Below, piece by piece: positions 11,559-25,800 of a stretch of DNA of 64,000 bases. The stretch's first letter is position 1, and the number at the start of each line of letters is the position of its first letter. Source of the DNA: Eledone cirrhosa (lineage: Eukaryota). The notes beneath the pieces were generated by a model. That model searched no databases, was not told the DNA's origin, and worked only from the letters and a program-made list of their open reading frames with translations. A program made the position numbers and the translations under genes. The stretch covers positions 73,160,001 through 73,224,000 of the forward strand of contig OZ024742.1 in the NCBI GenBank assembly GCA_964016885.1, given 5' to 3'.

Positions 11559-11710
11559 GGCAGTGGATTGGCAGTATCGATAGAGCATAGGACACCCTTC
11601 TTTGCAGTATAGAGTTACGAACCTTTATGTTCTGAGTTGAAATGCCGCCAAGGTTAGCTTTGTCTTTCATTCTTATGGGGTCGATAAAATAAAGTACCAG
11701 TCATGCACAA
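11559..11710 (+). mobile_element. tRNA-derived SINE with a Meta-domain-like core
   Basis: GGCAGTGGATTGGCAG head, B-box-like GAGTTGAAATGCC, GTCTTTCATTCTTATGGGGTCGATAAAATAAAGTACCAG core. Confidence 0.75.
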
Positions 11711-11896
11711 GCTATTGAAGTTGACAGTTTGCTTCGTTATTATTTTGTTTTGTCTTTGAAATGGCAAAACTTATTGACACAGTAATATTCCATGTGATCC
11801 ATTAAAAAAAAATTTGATGTAGTAAGCAGTTTCACCTGATTTCATGACACATACTCATGCATACATAGTTACATTACACACACACATATAGATATA

Positions 11897-12276
11897 ATTG
11901 TTAACCATCTTGCCAACAACAACCCTGAGTACCTTTTTGATTTCCATGTGTCTAACACACGTGGACATGCCCACAAAGTCAGAAAACAGCACAGTTCCCA
12001 TGACTTTCGGAAACATTTTTTCATGCTCAGAGCTGCTGAAGCATGGAACAAACTACCTGCATCAGTTGTTAGCTGTCGAGACACTGCATCTTTTAAAACA
12101 TCCATGCTTCCTGAGATTCGCCAACACTACACCTAATGTTCCCCCTCCTTACACATACACACATGTATATCATGACTTATACACTATTCACTTCCCTGAC
12201 ATTTGTATATTATTCTATGTACTATACATGCACCTTTGACGAGTTGTAGTGCACCTGAGCACTTTACACAATAATT

Positions 12277-12300
<24 letters not shown>
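11897..12300 (+). mobile_element. CR1/L2-group LINE 3' end with (ATT)n tail
   Basis: TRGHAHKVRKQ..RKHFFMLRAAEAWNKLPASVVS..SFK; second copy on minus strand at 48166-48745. Confidence 0.85.
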
Positions 12301-12316
<16 letters not shown>

Positions 12317-12978
12317 TATTTATATAGCAATGAGAGAAGGCACATAATAAATTGTCAGATAGTGAGTTTCTAACTCTATATTTTAATTTGTATTTAGGCT
12401 CCTAATTTATTAATTAATATAGTTGAGCCTTTGCCTACTTGATTAGCTATGGACTGCTATTTTTAGCAACATAGTAGCTTATTTGAGCAGCCTGGGCTAA
12501 CTCATATGCACTGCCTGCTTATTAGCCCCATATGCTATCAGAAGTTAGTTATACTCTCTCTCTCTCTCTTTCTAGTATGTGAGGCTCATAAGAGGCAGGT
12601 ACACCCATTGATAAGCTCCTGCATGTATTATTTTTCATAGCAAGAGATAAAATATATATATATGTATGTACGTGTGGTATATATTATACCAATATATATG
12701 TATATAACGTATATCTTATGTCTGGATGTATATCGTTATAGTGGAGGTTCGTACACTTTATTATTTTATTAATTTGTATATACCGCTCCATCCATAGTTT
12801 TTATGTGCTTTACCAGGGTGGTACTTTATGCCCTATTATCTGACATAATTTATTATGTGCCTTCTCTCATTGCTAGGATTTTTAAAGAGCTCAGTCTCTC
12901 TTCCTTGAGCTCCCTTGATCATAGGGGACTATTGTGAGTTTCTAACTCTATATTTTAATTTGATATATATATATGGTA

Positions 12979-12981
<3 letters not shown>

Positions 12982-13031
<50 letters not shown>
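12982..13031. repeat. (TA)n microsatellite
   Basis: Direct inspection. Confidence 0.95.
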
Positions 13032-13035
<4 letters not shown>

Positions 13036-13184
13036 TAAAATAACATATATATATATTTATTTTAATAAATATTTGCTCTATGGTTCTTATATATCTGATA
13101 TATATTTATCCTTATCGAGCCCTCTTTGGATTTAGTCTTCAAATTTATTAGTATTACTATATATATATATATATATATATATAG

Positions 13185-14392
13185 GGTTACCATATATAGC
13201 TATAGGGTTAAAGAAGCAATCAAAGAGATGGAAAATGGTAAAGCTGCAAGACCACCAGAGATAGTTGCTGAGATGCTAAAAGCATCAGAAGTAAGATTTG
13301 AACTAGTAACTAGTATAGTCAATCAGGTAATACAGGACGATGTCATACCCAATGACTGGTGCAGCAGTACAATCATAAGTTGCTACAAAGGCAAAGGTGA
13401 TACCCTAGAAAGGAGCAACTATAGAGAAATAAAACTAATGGATCAAGTTATCAAAGTGGTGGAAAGAATTATAGCACAGCTAATTAGAGAAAGAGTCAAA
13501 TTAGACGAGGTGCTGTTTGGTCTGAGAGTAAACTTCACCAAAATTAAAGTGCTAGTGAGTAGGAGAGAAGATAGAACCCTGACTCCTTCAGGGAAGTCGC
13601 CCTACTCAATACATAGAAAGTGAGTAGGCATAAACTCCATTTGATGTATGCAATGTAAATCTTGGAAACACAAGAGATGTAGTGGGATAACGGGTAGACT
13701 AACAGGAAGGGAAAACTTTGTATGAGAAAATGCTCAAGGGTAACCAAGGAGAAAAATGCCAGTGATGTAAAAATTTTCCAGTCACAGGAAGAATCCATAG
13801 AAGTAGTTGATAGCTTCTGCTATCTAGGTGGAGTAATTCGCAACAGAGGACGTTGCTCTGAGAGCATAACAGCTAGAATAAGAATAGTATGGAAAAAGTT
13901 TAGAGAGTTACTCTCACTGTTAACCACAAAAGGTTTCTCTCTATTTACAAAAGGATGACTGCATGGCACATGTGTGCAAAGGGTGATGTTGCAAGGTAGT
14001 AAGACATGGGCAAGTGACTTCAGAGGACATGAAGCAATCATGCTTAATTGGATGTGCAGTGTAAGTGTGAGAGAAAGGTAGAACTTGGATGAGTTGAGGT
14101 AGAAGCTGGATTTAAGAGGAATCCGAGGTGGTGTGCAGGAGAGAAGACTGCATTGGTATGGACAATGATCGCTGGGTGAAGAAGGGTTTGGAAATGCCAG
14201 TGGAAGGAAGCCGCAGTAGAGGTAGACCAAGAAAGACCTGGGCAGAGGATGTGAGAGCTGACTTCAAATTACTGACACTCACAGAAGAGATGATGAAGGA
14301 ACGTGACATATAGAGAGATGCCATGCTGAGAAGGACCCATCCAACCCATGCAGCATGGAAAAAATGAACATAAAAATGGTGATGATGATTAT
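13185..14392 (+). mobile_element. RTE-clade LINE fragment, RT core deleted, with (ATG)n tail
   Basis: KEAIKEMENGKA..EIVAEMLK, PNDW..YKGKGD..NYREIKLM, jump to GLRVNFTK, DSFCYLG, GSRSRGRPRKTW; same family as 9481-10612 and 56626-57180. Confidence 0.87.
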
Positions 14393-14519
14393 GATATATA
14401 TATATAGTTTATTGGTGTGTAACATTTAGTTACTATTGATTCACCAATTTGAGCACTAAATGCCAATATGGGATTGTACAGTTGGTATTTCCCTGAAGTC
14501 TGTATCCTTAAGAAGCAGA

Positions 14520-15445
14520 GTGTTAATAATAAAAATTGTACTGAAGGAGAAGACAATAGACCAGGGGATGTCCAAGGAGGAAATAACAACAAGGAGAAAG
14601 AGCAACCTTCATGAAAAATCCCTTCATAGTACCTTCTTTAAGAAAACTGAATTTAGAGATCCACAGACATGGAACTGGTTAAAAAGAGGAGACCTTAAAA
14701 AGGCTACAGAAGGAATGCTTATGGCTGCACAAGAGCAGGCCCTCAGAATGAAGTGGGTGAAACACCATATTTACAAGGAGGGGGCTAGCCCACTGTGTAG
14801 GATCTGTGGGGAGAGAGGAGACTGTGGCTCACATTATATCCGAGTGTAAACACCTAGCCCAGACTCACTATAAAGGCTGTAGACATGATATGATGGGGAG
14901 GGTGATCCACTGCACCTATACAAAGTAAACAATTTACCACATTCTGAGAAGTGGTATGAGCATAAGCCAGAGCCGGTGATAGACAACGATCAGGTGAAGG
15001 TGCTATGGGATTTTAGGATACAGATGGACAAGAAATTAGAACACAATGGGCCTGACCTGGTGGTTTTGGACAAGGAAAAAAGATTGTGCCTGATTGTAGA
15101 TGTAGCCTGCCCATTTAACACAAGAGTGCAAGAAAAGGAGAGGGAGAAAATTAACCGATACCAGGACTTAAAGTGGGAGGTAAAAAGGATTTGGAACTGC
15201 CATGAATTCAAAGTGGTCCCGATTGTCATAGGCGCACTAGGTACTATCTCAAAGAGTTTCCAAGGATGGTTAAAGAAGATTAGTCCAGCCCCGCTTTTTG
15301 GAACACTTCAAAAGGCATGCTTGCTGGGAACAGCAAGAACCCTCCGATACATCCTGAATATCTGAGGCTGCAGGTAGCGACTTGATATTCATTTCAACAA
15401 ACTTTCCAGTTAAATAACATCAATGACTGAGACTCAAAGAAAAAA

Positions 15446-15478
<33 letters not shown>

Positions 15479-15480
15479 TA
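14520..15480 (+). mobile_element. R4/Dong-clade non-LTR retrotransposon 3' fragment (CCHC + restriction-like endonuclease), ending in (TAA)n
   Basis: LKKATEGMLMAAQEQAL, CRICGE..H..C, RHD, WDF, HNGPDLVV, LIVDVACP, EKINRYQDLK, PIVIGALG. Confidence 0.88.
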
Positions 15481-15529
15481 CAATAATGACTACAATAATA
15501 ACAATAACTACAATAATAACTACAAATTT

Positions 15530-16546
15530 CAGAAGTTCCATTTACTGCTGAAATGATAAACACAGAAAAAGCAAAGCAGGTAAAAGTAACTGCAAAGAAA
15601 GAACTGCTACAGAAACTGTATGGAAAATACCCAGAAAGAGCTAACAATCCTGATGTTGACAAAACTTTAACCCATCAGTGGTTGGCATCCTCTGGACTGA
15701 AATTGGAGACTGAAGGACTGATTATATCAGCACAAGATCAGTGTCTGCCAACAAAAAATTATCAACCCAACATAATAAAAAATGGATGCAACCCATTATG
15801 CCATGTATTTAAAAAACAACCAGAGACCATTGATCATATAATTTCAATGTGCAGTCCTATAGCTCCAACCGAATACCTAAACAGGCACGACACAGCTGCA
15901 CAATACATACATTGGATAATGTGTAAGCATTTTGACCTGCCCCATCAAAAGAATTGGTGGGAGCATCAACCACCTCCCGTACTTGAAAAACATCACATCT
16001 CAATCTTGTGGAACTTTAGCATCCAAACAGGCCAAAAAATAGATGCAAATAGACCTGATGTAATAGTGAAGGACTTTAAAAAGAGGGTATGGCTGCTAAT
16101 TGATATGTTCGTTCCAATAGACAAGAATGTATCTATAAAAACATTTGAAAAATTGAGCAAGTATAAAGACCTGGAGATAGAAATTAGAAAAATGTGGAAG
16201 TTGAGAACTAAAACAATACCAGTGGTTGTAGATGCTCTAGGAATGTAGGAATGATACCTAAGGGGTCTAATGATTACTTATCACAAATCCCAGGAAACCC
16301 GCGTATAGGGGAAATACAAAAGATAGTACTAATGGGAACTGCCCATATACTAAGGAAGATTCTGTCAATATAAGTACATCACAAGTCTAAACACCTAAAG
16401 ATGCATGTGTGTGTATGTATGTTCTTTCTTGAACATGGCGGACCTTGTTGTCTCTTGAGGTCACTGGTTGTGACTTGGTGATAACTCGTATGAACATAAA
16501 GCAAGATAAATGCAACTATAATAATAATAATAATAATAATAATAAT
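15530..16546 (+). mobile_element. Second, divergent R4/Dong-clade 3' fragment ending in (TAA)n
   Basis: LKLETEGLIISAQDQCL, ETIDHIISMC, YLNRHD, NRPDVIV, LLID, EKLSKYKDLEIEI, PVVVDALG. Confidence 0.88.
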
Positions 16547-16743
16547 TATTATTATTATTTCTACTTTTGGCACAAGGCCAGCAATTATCCCAGTGCATTA
16601 CTGGTACTTTATTTTATCGACCCCGTAAGGATGAAAGGCAAAGTTAACCTTGGCGGGATTTGAACTCAGATCATAAAGGGAGGTAACTCTATACTTCAAA
16701 GCATGGCGCCCGACCCTCTACCAATACTGTCAATCCACCGCCC
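16546..16743 (-). mobile_element. tRNA-derived SINE (Meta-domain-like family)
   Basis: Reverse complement matches 11559-11710 and the copies at 17987-18397. Confidence 0.8.
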
Positions 16744-16749
16744 TAATAC

Positions 16750-16782
<33 letters not shown>

Positions 16783-17619
16783 TCAGGACCGAAGTATCAA
16801 TATAGCATCATGATGTTGTTTCACATGTGACGTGTTTTGTGATCGATCACAGGTACAATGGGTATAGAATATGACCAATTCTGGAATCGATAGTTCATCA
16901 GACTTGTGGTTTCTCAATTGATTCATTTGAATTATTCATTTGGAAGATCAATTGCTAAATGCATGTCATGTGTGAATCTTATACATAATGATTGGAGAAC
17001 TGCGAGACTGTGTCCAATTTATTATTTTACATCACATTATTAAAAATAAGTTGGATTACTTTGAATAAATCACAAATGAATATTATGTAATTTATCTACT
17101 AAATTTCTTAGCTCTTGATTAAACATAAATAATCTTATATATAATGTATTGCTTATTTCAAGATTCATTTCTGCTAAAAGTTTCAAATGTCAACTTCCAT
17201 TAGCATTCATATCATAATATTTCACCGTAATGCCGTTTATATATAAAATTTCCATTGCTATATTTTCATTGTTATATCATATCGCTTATATATCATTATA
17301 TATAAATGTTTCTATTTCCATCATTATATCATAAACGTTCATACATTTCCATTGTTATATCATAATATTTAAATGTATCATGGATTACTTTACTGATTAT
17401 AGAAGAAAGTGTAACACAGTCTTTGTTCAATTTATGTGCATATTGTTATTTTACTTTTCAATTTATGTATCATATCTATATGCATATATATTTGTGTATA
17501 ATATCAATATGCACACTACATATACTAGCAGAAAACCACCAGGAGGGCAGTTCTTCTGTTAGTAAACATAATGATGTTATTTGGATACTTGGTTCCTGCT
17601 CCTTATTATTACTATTATT

Positions 17620-17730
17620 GTTTGGATTGGCAGTATCAGTAAAGTGTCGGACACCCTGCTTCACGGCAGAGAGTTATGACCCTTTATGTTCTGAGTTCAA
17701 ATCCTGTCGAGGTTAGCTTTGCCTTTCCCC
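17620..17730 (+). mobile_element. 5' fragment of the same SINE family
   Basis: GGATTGGCAGTATC...TGAGTTCAAATCC...GGTTAGCTTTGCCTTTC. Confidence 0.7.
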
Positions 17731-17986
17731 AGCTGGACCAGAAACTTCAGGTTGGTTCATTGCTCTGTGCCCATCACTCAATCGCCTAAAATTGAGGAGC
17801 TGTTAACAAAAGCATATGAAAAAACATACAATGGCTGCAGAGGGCTGAGATCATAGTTATATACTCCCAGATATTATGTCACATGGTGACACAACCCACT
17901 AATCCCTACCACACTCATAGCTCATACTGCACACTAAGTCCTGTAGATATAACCACTGTTATTGAATTTGAAGACTTAGCTGTGAA

Positions 17987-18397
17987 AATAATTGTTTCTA
18001 CGTTAGGCACAAGGCCAGCAATTACCCAGTGCATTACTGGTACTTTATTTTATCGACCCCGTAAAGATGAAAGGCAAAGTTAACCTTGGCGAGATTTGAA
18101 CTCAGAATGGCAAGGGCCGTAACTCTATACGTCAAAGCATGGCGTCCGACCCTCTACCAATACTGCCAATCCACCGCCCTCTGTGAAAATAATTGTTTCT
18201 ACTTTAGGCACAAGGCCAGCAATTACCCAGTGCATTACTGGTGCGTTATTTTATCGACTCCGTAAGGATGAAAAGCAAAGTCAACCTCGGCGGGATTTGA
18301 ACTCAGATCGTAAAGGGACGTAACTATGCTGGAAAGCATGGCGCCCGACCCTCTACCGATACTGCCAATCCACCGCCCTGCCCTCTGTGAAAATAAT
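17987..18397 (-). mobile_element. Two tandem SINE copies separated and flanked by CTGTGAAAATAAT
   Basis: Copies ~17993-18180 and ~18194-18380; 13-mer at 17980, 18181 and 18385. Confidence 0.82.
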
Positions 18398-18870
18398 GAA
18401 CTGTGAAATGTAAACACTTTCAACTACTCCTCTGTACACAGAAACACATAAGATGCATTTCAGTCATTACTGTGCTAGCAGGGAAAGTGGACATTAAAAC
18501 AACGACGATGATGGTGATGATTCTGTGAACAGCGGAATATTGTTATAACAATGCTATAATCCATAGATAATATAGAAAATAACAATTAAAAAATAACAAT
18601 GCAAAGCCTGTTTGGAGAGATGAATCCTGAATTTCTATTCAATAAAGGAACTTTAGCTAATAGTATTTTTTACATTTTTAATGTGCATAATTGGCATGTT
18701 CTATGGTTTGTTTTTTTGCTAAGAACTTATACCAGATATTACGTGACTTTGTTAAAGTAACTTCTCTCAACATGCCTCTAATAATAGATTAATATAAATT
18801 AATCAACTCATCAAAATGTGATATGGGCACAATCAACAAAATAATACATTACAATCTATACTATATATTA

Positions 18871-19112
18871 GTAACCCTTTCATGATCATATTTATAATGA
18901 AATACACTGTATTGGAATTAATTAATGATGAATTTGGAGAAATTTACTAAAATTATTTATTATTTCATTATTGAGATGATATTTTAACACAACAAAAAGT
19001 TCTACCAAATTTAATTGGAAGATTTTGATTTAAACAGGAACCCTTTAAAATGAGTGGTTTTGTTTCCTAAAATTAGGGGCTATTTGGGGTGAAGTGGTGT
19101 CAGAAGAGTTAA
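18871..19112. mobile_element. Degenerate piggyBac-like MITE
   Basis: TAACCCTTTC...GAAGAGTTAA termini; related to 47659-48005 in the opposite orientation. Confidence 0.45.
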
Positions 19113-19779
19113 AGATACTCCAATATGAAATAGCAATATAGGTAACTGTCATAATTTGTATGAGACTTTATTTTACATAGCTCTGGAGTGGTAAAAGTTA
19201 ATCCCTGCTAAGATTTCAAAAAAGTCATGGAGAAGAGTCAAAGGAAAAAGTTTGAGGGAAAACGAAGAAAATAGATTTAAACTCCACGATATCACAGATG
19301 TGGCTATCTTTGTATTTATATAGATACTGTACACTATAGTATACATGGAGAGGAAATGGGCTCCACCAGGTTTTAAAATGCCCTAAAAATATCATACGTC
19401 AATATGGTGCCCTTATGACTACCTCAGGAGTTACGAGAGTATGCATACATACATACACTATAGATATAACTAATACTATTGTAATATCACTATATATATA
19501 AATATAACTTTACTACTGTAGAATATACATTTCATTCACAGTTGTATAAATAGCATTACAAATTGTTCACAGTTCTTTCAGAATGAAAATATAAACACAT
19601 ACATAAACACATATAATAAATACAATTAACTATTACTAGTGATCTCACAAATATTACGCACCAAAATATACGACTAGGGTGAGAGAAAGTAAAAAAGGGA
19701 AACAAAAACAAAAGCAACCACCAATTCACCAAGTGTGACAATCGGCCACACATCATAAGGGTCAATGGAATATTTTAAG

Positions 19780-20030
19780 GTAAGCCAATATGCTCACAGC
19801 ATTACCACAGATGATGGCGAGGCTAAGGTGCTGAAACAATTAGGCACCCTCATTGGCATCACCTAACATCTCAGTAAAGCAAACCGCTAATGATGACAAG
19901 AACTTCGCTGTCAGTGGCAAAGCTCCACTAAACATCTCAAATGCTACAGGCTGGAAAAAATAATTGTTTGATAGTTCCTGGTATTTGGGGATTTTATTCC
20001 ACTTGGCAAGAGAAGCAGTGACCCTCACTG
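19780..20030 (-). pseudogene. CRE-clade non-LTR element, C-terminal restriction-like endonuclease fragment
   Basis: KYQELSNNYFFQPVAFEMFSG..FLSSL..GDANEGA*LFQHLSLAIICGNA. Confidence 0.65.
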
Positions 20031-20256
20031 TAGAATTGTAATACTATTGTATAGCTATAGTATTATAATACTATATAGACATAACTACAGTATTGTAATA
20101 TGACACTAAATATATGATTATAGAACTGTAATAGCACTAATACTAATATTACTATAGTTACTATATAACTATAATATCACCATATAGACATCACTACAGT
20201 ACTGTAAAACTACTATATAGTTATGAATATAGTACTGTAATACTATTGGGTACACA

Positions 20257-20519
20257 CAGGGCCGACGCTACCATATAGGGAAACTAGGCAGCCGCCTAGG
20301 GTGCTGATTTCAGGGGACGCATTTCTCCAAATCAACAATTTTGAAAAATAAGTAAATAAATTTCAGTTTTATTCAGGGTTATTTCATACTGGAACAAATA
20401 AATGTTTAAAAATTTTTTTATTTTATTTATTGTTTATACATTTTGAAATTGATATTTTTGGGAGGGGGAAAGGGAATCTAACTTTGCCTAAGGTGACAGA
20501 TAGTCTGGCACCGACCATG
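20257..20519. mobile_element. hAT-like MITE
   Basis: Termini CAGGGCCG / CGACCATG (imperfect TIR); 8-bp TSD GGTACACA (20249-20256) vs GGTACATA (20520-20527). Confidence 0.6.
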
Positions 20520-21723
20520 GGTACATAGTATATAACTTCAGTATTTCAAGTTCAATATATTTAATATATAAAATTTCACAATGTCATGAAAGGCTAGTGA
20601 TATTATATAAAAATAATTGAGCAATATCTAATAAAAACAAAACACATTAGTAAAGGGAACAGAAAATGAAAAAGAAAAAGAAAATGAAAAGGAGAAAAAG
20701 AAAGAAGGATCAAGCAGTGAAAGAAAGGGAGAGGCAGAGGGACAGTCACTACACTCCAGTCATAACGGTACTTCAACTGCACTAAAATGGCAAAAGTGTT
20801 ACCAGAGACCCTCACTGCAACAGCCACTCCCCGTCATAGGGTTCCTTCCTCAAGCGGGCCACCGTATTTCTGACTTTACGGAGGAAGTCAATATCGTAAT
20901 ATTACTGAACTGACTGTGATATAGTGGGTACCATAAACCTTTAGTAAAATAATCTGCCTATAATAGTATAAGAAGACTGTATCAAAACTATAGATGTATT
21001 AGACTAATGTGGCCATAGTACGTTACTATAGCACTATAGAGCTGATTGTAAACATTATCACAATAGCAATGTATTATTATATACAAATTTACAGTAGTAT
21101 AGCAGAAGTGCTGAGGGTAAGAATATAACATGACTATAGTGGAGTACAGTAGTATAGTCATGTGACTATAGTACTGTACTAACATATGACATTCAGGATC
21201 ATCTGATTGGTGTTTCCCTCATTATGTCTTTAAATAGTTTTCTTCTAAATTTCTCCTCTCTCTCCCCACATATCAACAAACAGATGTAAGTATCTATGTA
21301 TAAATATATATATATATATATATACGAGTGTGTGTACCTCTGTGTGTGTATAGAATACTTTATGTATAATTTGTATACACATACTCAATATAAAATAGAG
21401 AACTACGTAATACATGTACAGTTATTTCAAAGGGATTACATTCTTCACACACACACACACACACACACACACGTTCACACACACATTTACACAGCTCAAA
21501 CTACATGTCGAGATATATACAACTCCAATTCAGAAAACAGCTCAACAGACACACATACACAATGTATGAGATGACATGGAATATGGTAGAAGCAGAGCAG
21601 ATAGTGATAATGTCAGTTAGAAAGTGGACTCTACCACTGAGAGAAGTAGTTCAGAGAAAATGGTGCAGAAGATCAATATTGGTAAAATTGCCAAATATAT
21701 TTTATGAGCTCATCATTGTCTAG

Positions 21724-21828
21724 CTGAATTGGCTGATGTATTGCTACAGTCATAGCAGAGCATCAAACAGAATTGGCTGATATGTATTGCTACAGTCCTA
21801 GCAGAGCATCAAATAGAATTGGCTGATT
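21724..21828. repeat. ~45-bp tandem duplication
   Basis: GAATTGGCTGAT..TATTGCTACAGTC.TAGCAGAGCATCAAA repeated about 2.3 times. Confidence 0.7.
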
Positions 21829-22475
21829 TGAGAATTCAGAGTTTTTTTGCACCACATATTTAATATGGCTGTGATTCTATGCCGCATTTTTCTTCCAACT
21901 ATCAACCTCTCTTACTCTAGATCGCATTTTTATTGTGACACCAACACTTGCAAAACTACCAGCTCTACTCCCAACCTCACACTCACATATTATATCAGTC
22001 TTATATTGACATGACCAGTTGATAGGAGGATAGATTGCCTTCACTATAGCATAAAGTCCCAGTTCTCAGAACTCTTTGGTATTGAAGCAATGTTTCTCAC
22101 AAGATACTTTTGGTACTAAAATGGGTTCTGGCCTAAAGAAATAAAACTAGAAATAAAACATAACATAGGAGTGAATGTGACAGTTGAAAGATGCCAAAGT
22201 GAGGCCTTCATTCTACATATCATTCAACATCATCATCAGTTGCAACATCATCATTTTACATACATTTTTCGGTAATTGTGTGGATGTTCTCTAGCACAAA
22301 ATCTCCCCACTTGTTGCAGATAATTATATTCTGCTATGTAAGATCAGACATCACCATTTCTTCACCACCTTCCTCAGTCTTTCTCTCCTTGAGGTTCCTT
22401 CTATAGAGAGCTCTTGACACTTCTTTACCCAACCCTCATCTTTCATAAACATTACAGCTGATTCCTCTTTTCCTC

Positions 22476-22806
22476 ATCATCATCATTTTATGTCCACTTT
22501 TCCCTGCTTGCAAGGGTGGGACGGGAACTGATTCTGGCTTGATTTCTACAGCTGGATGCCCTTCATAACACCAACCTCATTTACAGTGAGTGTTGGGTGT
22601 TTTTTTGCCGTGGCACCTCCACGTCCACTTTACAATGTGGGCTGGGTGCTTTTTTGCCGTGGAACCTCCACGACCACTTTGCAGTGGAATAATATGGACC
22701 CCAGTCCCTATCATCGCATTTCTACAGCTGAGTGAACTGGAGGAATGTGAAATAAAGTGTCTTGCTCAAGGAAACAACACATCACCCGGTCTGAGAATTG
22801 AACTCA
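22476..22806 (-). mobile_element. tRNA-derived SINE (same family as 8866-9190), head truncated, with an internal ~45-bp duplication
   Basis: Near-identical tail and core to 8866-9140. Confidence 0.8.
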
Positions 22807-22836
22807 AATAATTAATATTTTGTTGTTCAAACACCA

Positions 22837-25800
22837 AGCATAACACATTTAGTGGACCATGTACACACTAACATAACACATTTAGAGGACCATGTACACT
22901 AACATAACACATTTAGAGGACCATGTACACACTAACATAACACATTTAGTAAACCATGTACACTAACATAACACATTTAGTGGACCATGTACACTAACAT
23001 AACACATTTAGAGGACCATGTACACTAACATAACATATCTAGTGGACCAGGTACACTAAAATAACACATTTAGTGGACCATGTACACACTAACACAGCAC
23101 ATTTAGTGGACCATGTAAACTAATATAACCCATTTAGTGGACCATGTACACTAATATAACACATTTAGTGGACCATGTACACTAATATAACACATTTAGT
23201 GGACCATGTACACTAACATAACACATTTAGAGAACCATGTACACTAACATAACACATTTAGCGGACCATGTACACACTAACACAGCACATTTAGTGGACC
23301 ATGTACACTAACATAACACATTTAGTGGACCATGTACACTAACATAACCCATTTAGCGGACCATGTACACTAACATAACACACTTAGAGGACCATGTACA
23401 CACTAGCATAACACATTTAGAGGACCATGTACACTAACATAACACATTTAGAGGACCATGTACAAACTAACATAACACATTTAGTGGACCATGTACACAC
23501 TAACATAACACATTTAGTAGACCATGTACACTAACATAACAGATTTAGTGGACTATCTACACTAACATAACACATTTAGAGGACCATGTACACTAGCATA
23601 ACACATTTAGAGGACCATGTACACTAACATAACACATTTAGAGGACCATGTACACTAACATAACACATTTAGTGGACCATGTACACACTAGCATTACACA
23701 TTTAGAGGACCATGTACACTAGCATAACACATTTAGAGGACCAAGTACACTAACATAACACATTTAGTGGAACATGTACACTAACATAACGCATTTAGAG
23801 GACCATGTACACACTCGCATAGCACATTTAGTGGACCATGTACACTAACATAACACATTTAGTGGACCATGTACAAACTAACATAACACATTTAGTAGAC
23901 CATGTACACTAACATAACACATTTAGTGGACCATGTACACACTAACATAACACATTTAGTAGACCATGTACACTAACATAACACATTTAGTGGACCATGT
24001 ACACACTAACATAACACATTTAGTGGACCATGTACACACTGACATAACACATTTAGAGGACCATGTACACTAACATAACACATTTAGAGGACCATGTACA
24101 CTAGCATAACACATTTAGTGGAACATGTACACACTAACATAACATATTTAGAGGACCATGGATACTAGCATAACATATTTAGAGGACCATGTACACTAGC
24201 ATAACACATTTAGTGGACCATGCACACTAACATAACACATTTAGTGGACCATGTACACACTAACATAACACATTTAGAGGACCATAGACACTAGCATAAC
24301 ACATTTAGAGGACCATGTACACTAACATAACACATGTAGAGGACCATGTACACTAACATAACACATTTAGTGGACCATGTACACTAACATAACACATTTA
24401 GAGGACCATATACACTAACATAACACATTTAGTGGACCATGTACACTAATATAACACATTTAGTGGACCATATACACTAATATAACACATTTAGTGGACC
24501 ATGTACACTAACATAACACATTTAGAGGACAATGTACACACTAGCATAACACATTTAGAGGACAATGGACACTAGCATAAAACATTTAGAGGAGCATGTA
24601 CACACTAGCATAACACATTTAGAGCACCATGTACACTAGCATAACACAGAAGACCATGTACACACTAGCATAACATATTTAGAGGACCATGTACACTAAC
24701 ATATCACATTTAGTGGAACATGTACACACTAACATAACACATTTAGAGGACCATGTACACACTAGCATAACACATTTAGAGGACCATGGACACTAGCATA
24801 ACACATTTAGTGGAACATGTACACTAAAATAACACATTTAGTGGACCATGTACACTAGCATAACACATTTAGTGGACCATGTACACTAACATAACACATT
24901 TAGTGGATCATGTACACTCTAGCATAACACATTTAGAGCACCATGTACACTAGCATAACACAGAGGACCATGTACACACTAGCATAACATATTTAGTGGA
25001 CCATGTACACACTAGCATAACATATTTAGTGGACCATGTACACTAACATAACACATTTAGTGGACCATGTACAAACTAACATAACACATTTAGTGGACCA
25101 TGTACACACTAACATAACACATTTAGTAGACCATGTACACTAACATAACACATTTAGTGGACCATGTACACTAGCATAACATATTTAGAGGACCATGTAC
25201 ACTAACATAACACATTTAGAAGACCATGTACACACTAACATAACACATTTAGTGGACCATGTACACTAACATAACACACTTAGAGGACCATGTACACACT
25301 AGCATAACACATTTAGAGGACCATGTACACTAACATAACACATTTAGAGGACCATGTACAAACTAACATAACACATTTAGTGGACCATGTACACACTAAC
25401 ATAACACATTTAGTAGACCATGTACACTAACATAACACATTTAGTGGAACATGTACACTAGCATAACACATTTAGAGGACCATGTACACTAGCATAACAC
25501 ATTTAGAGGACCATGTACACTAACATAACACATTTAGTGGACTATCTACACTAACATAACACATTTAGAGGACCATGTACATTAGCATAACACATTTAGA
25601 GGACCATGTACACTAACATAACACATTTAGAGGACCATGTACACTAACATAACACATTTAGTGGACCATGTACACACTAGCATTACACATTTAGAGGACC
25701 ATGTACACTAGCATAACACATTTAGAGGACCATGTACACTAACATAACACATTTAGTGGAACATGTACACTAACATAACGCATTTAGAGGACCATGTACA

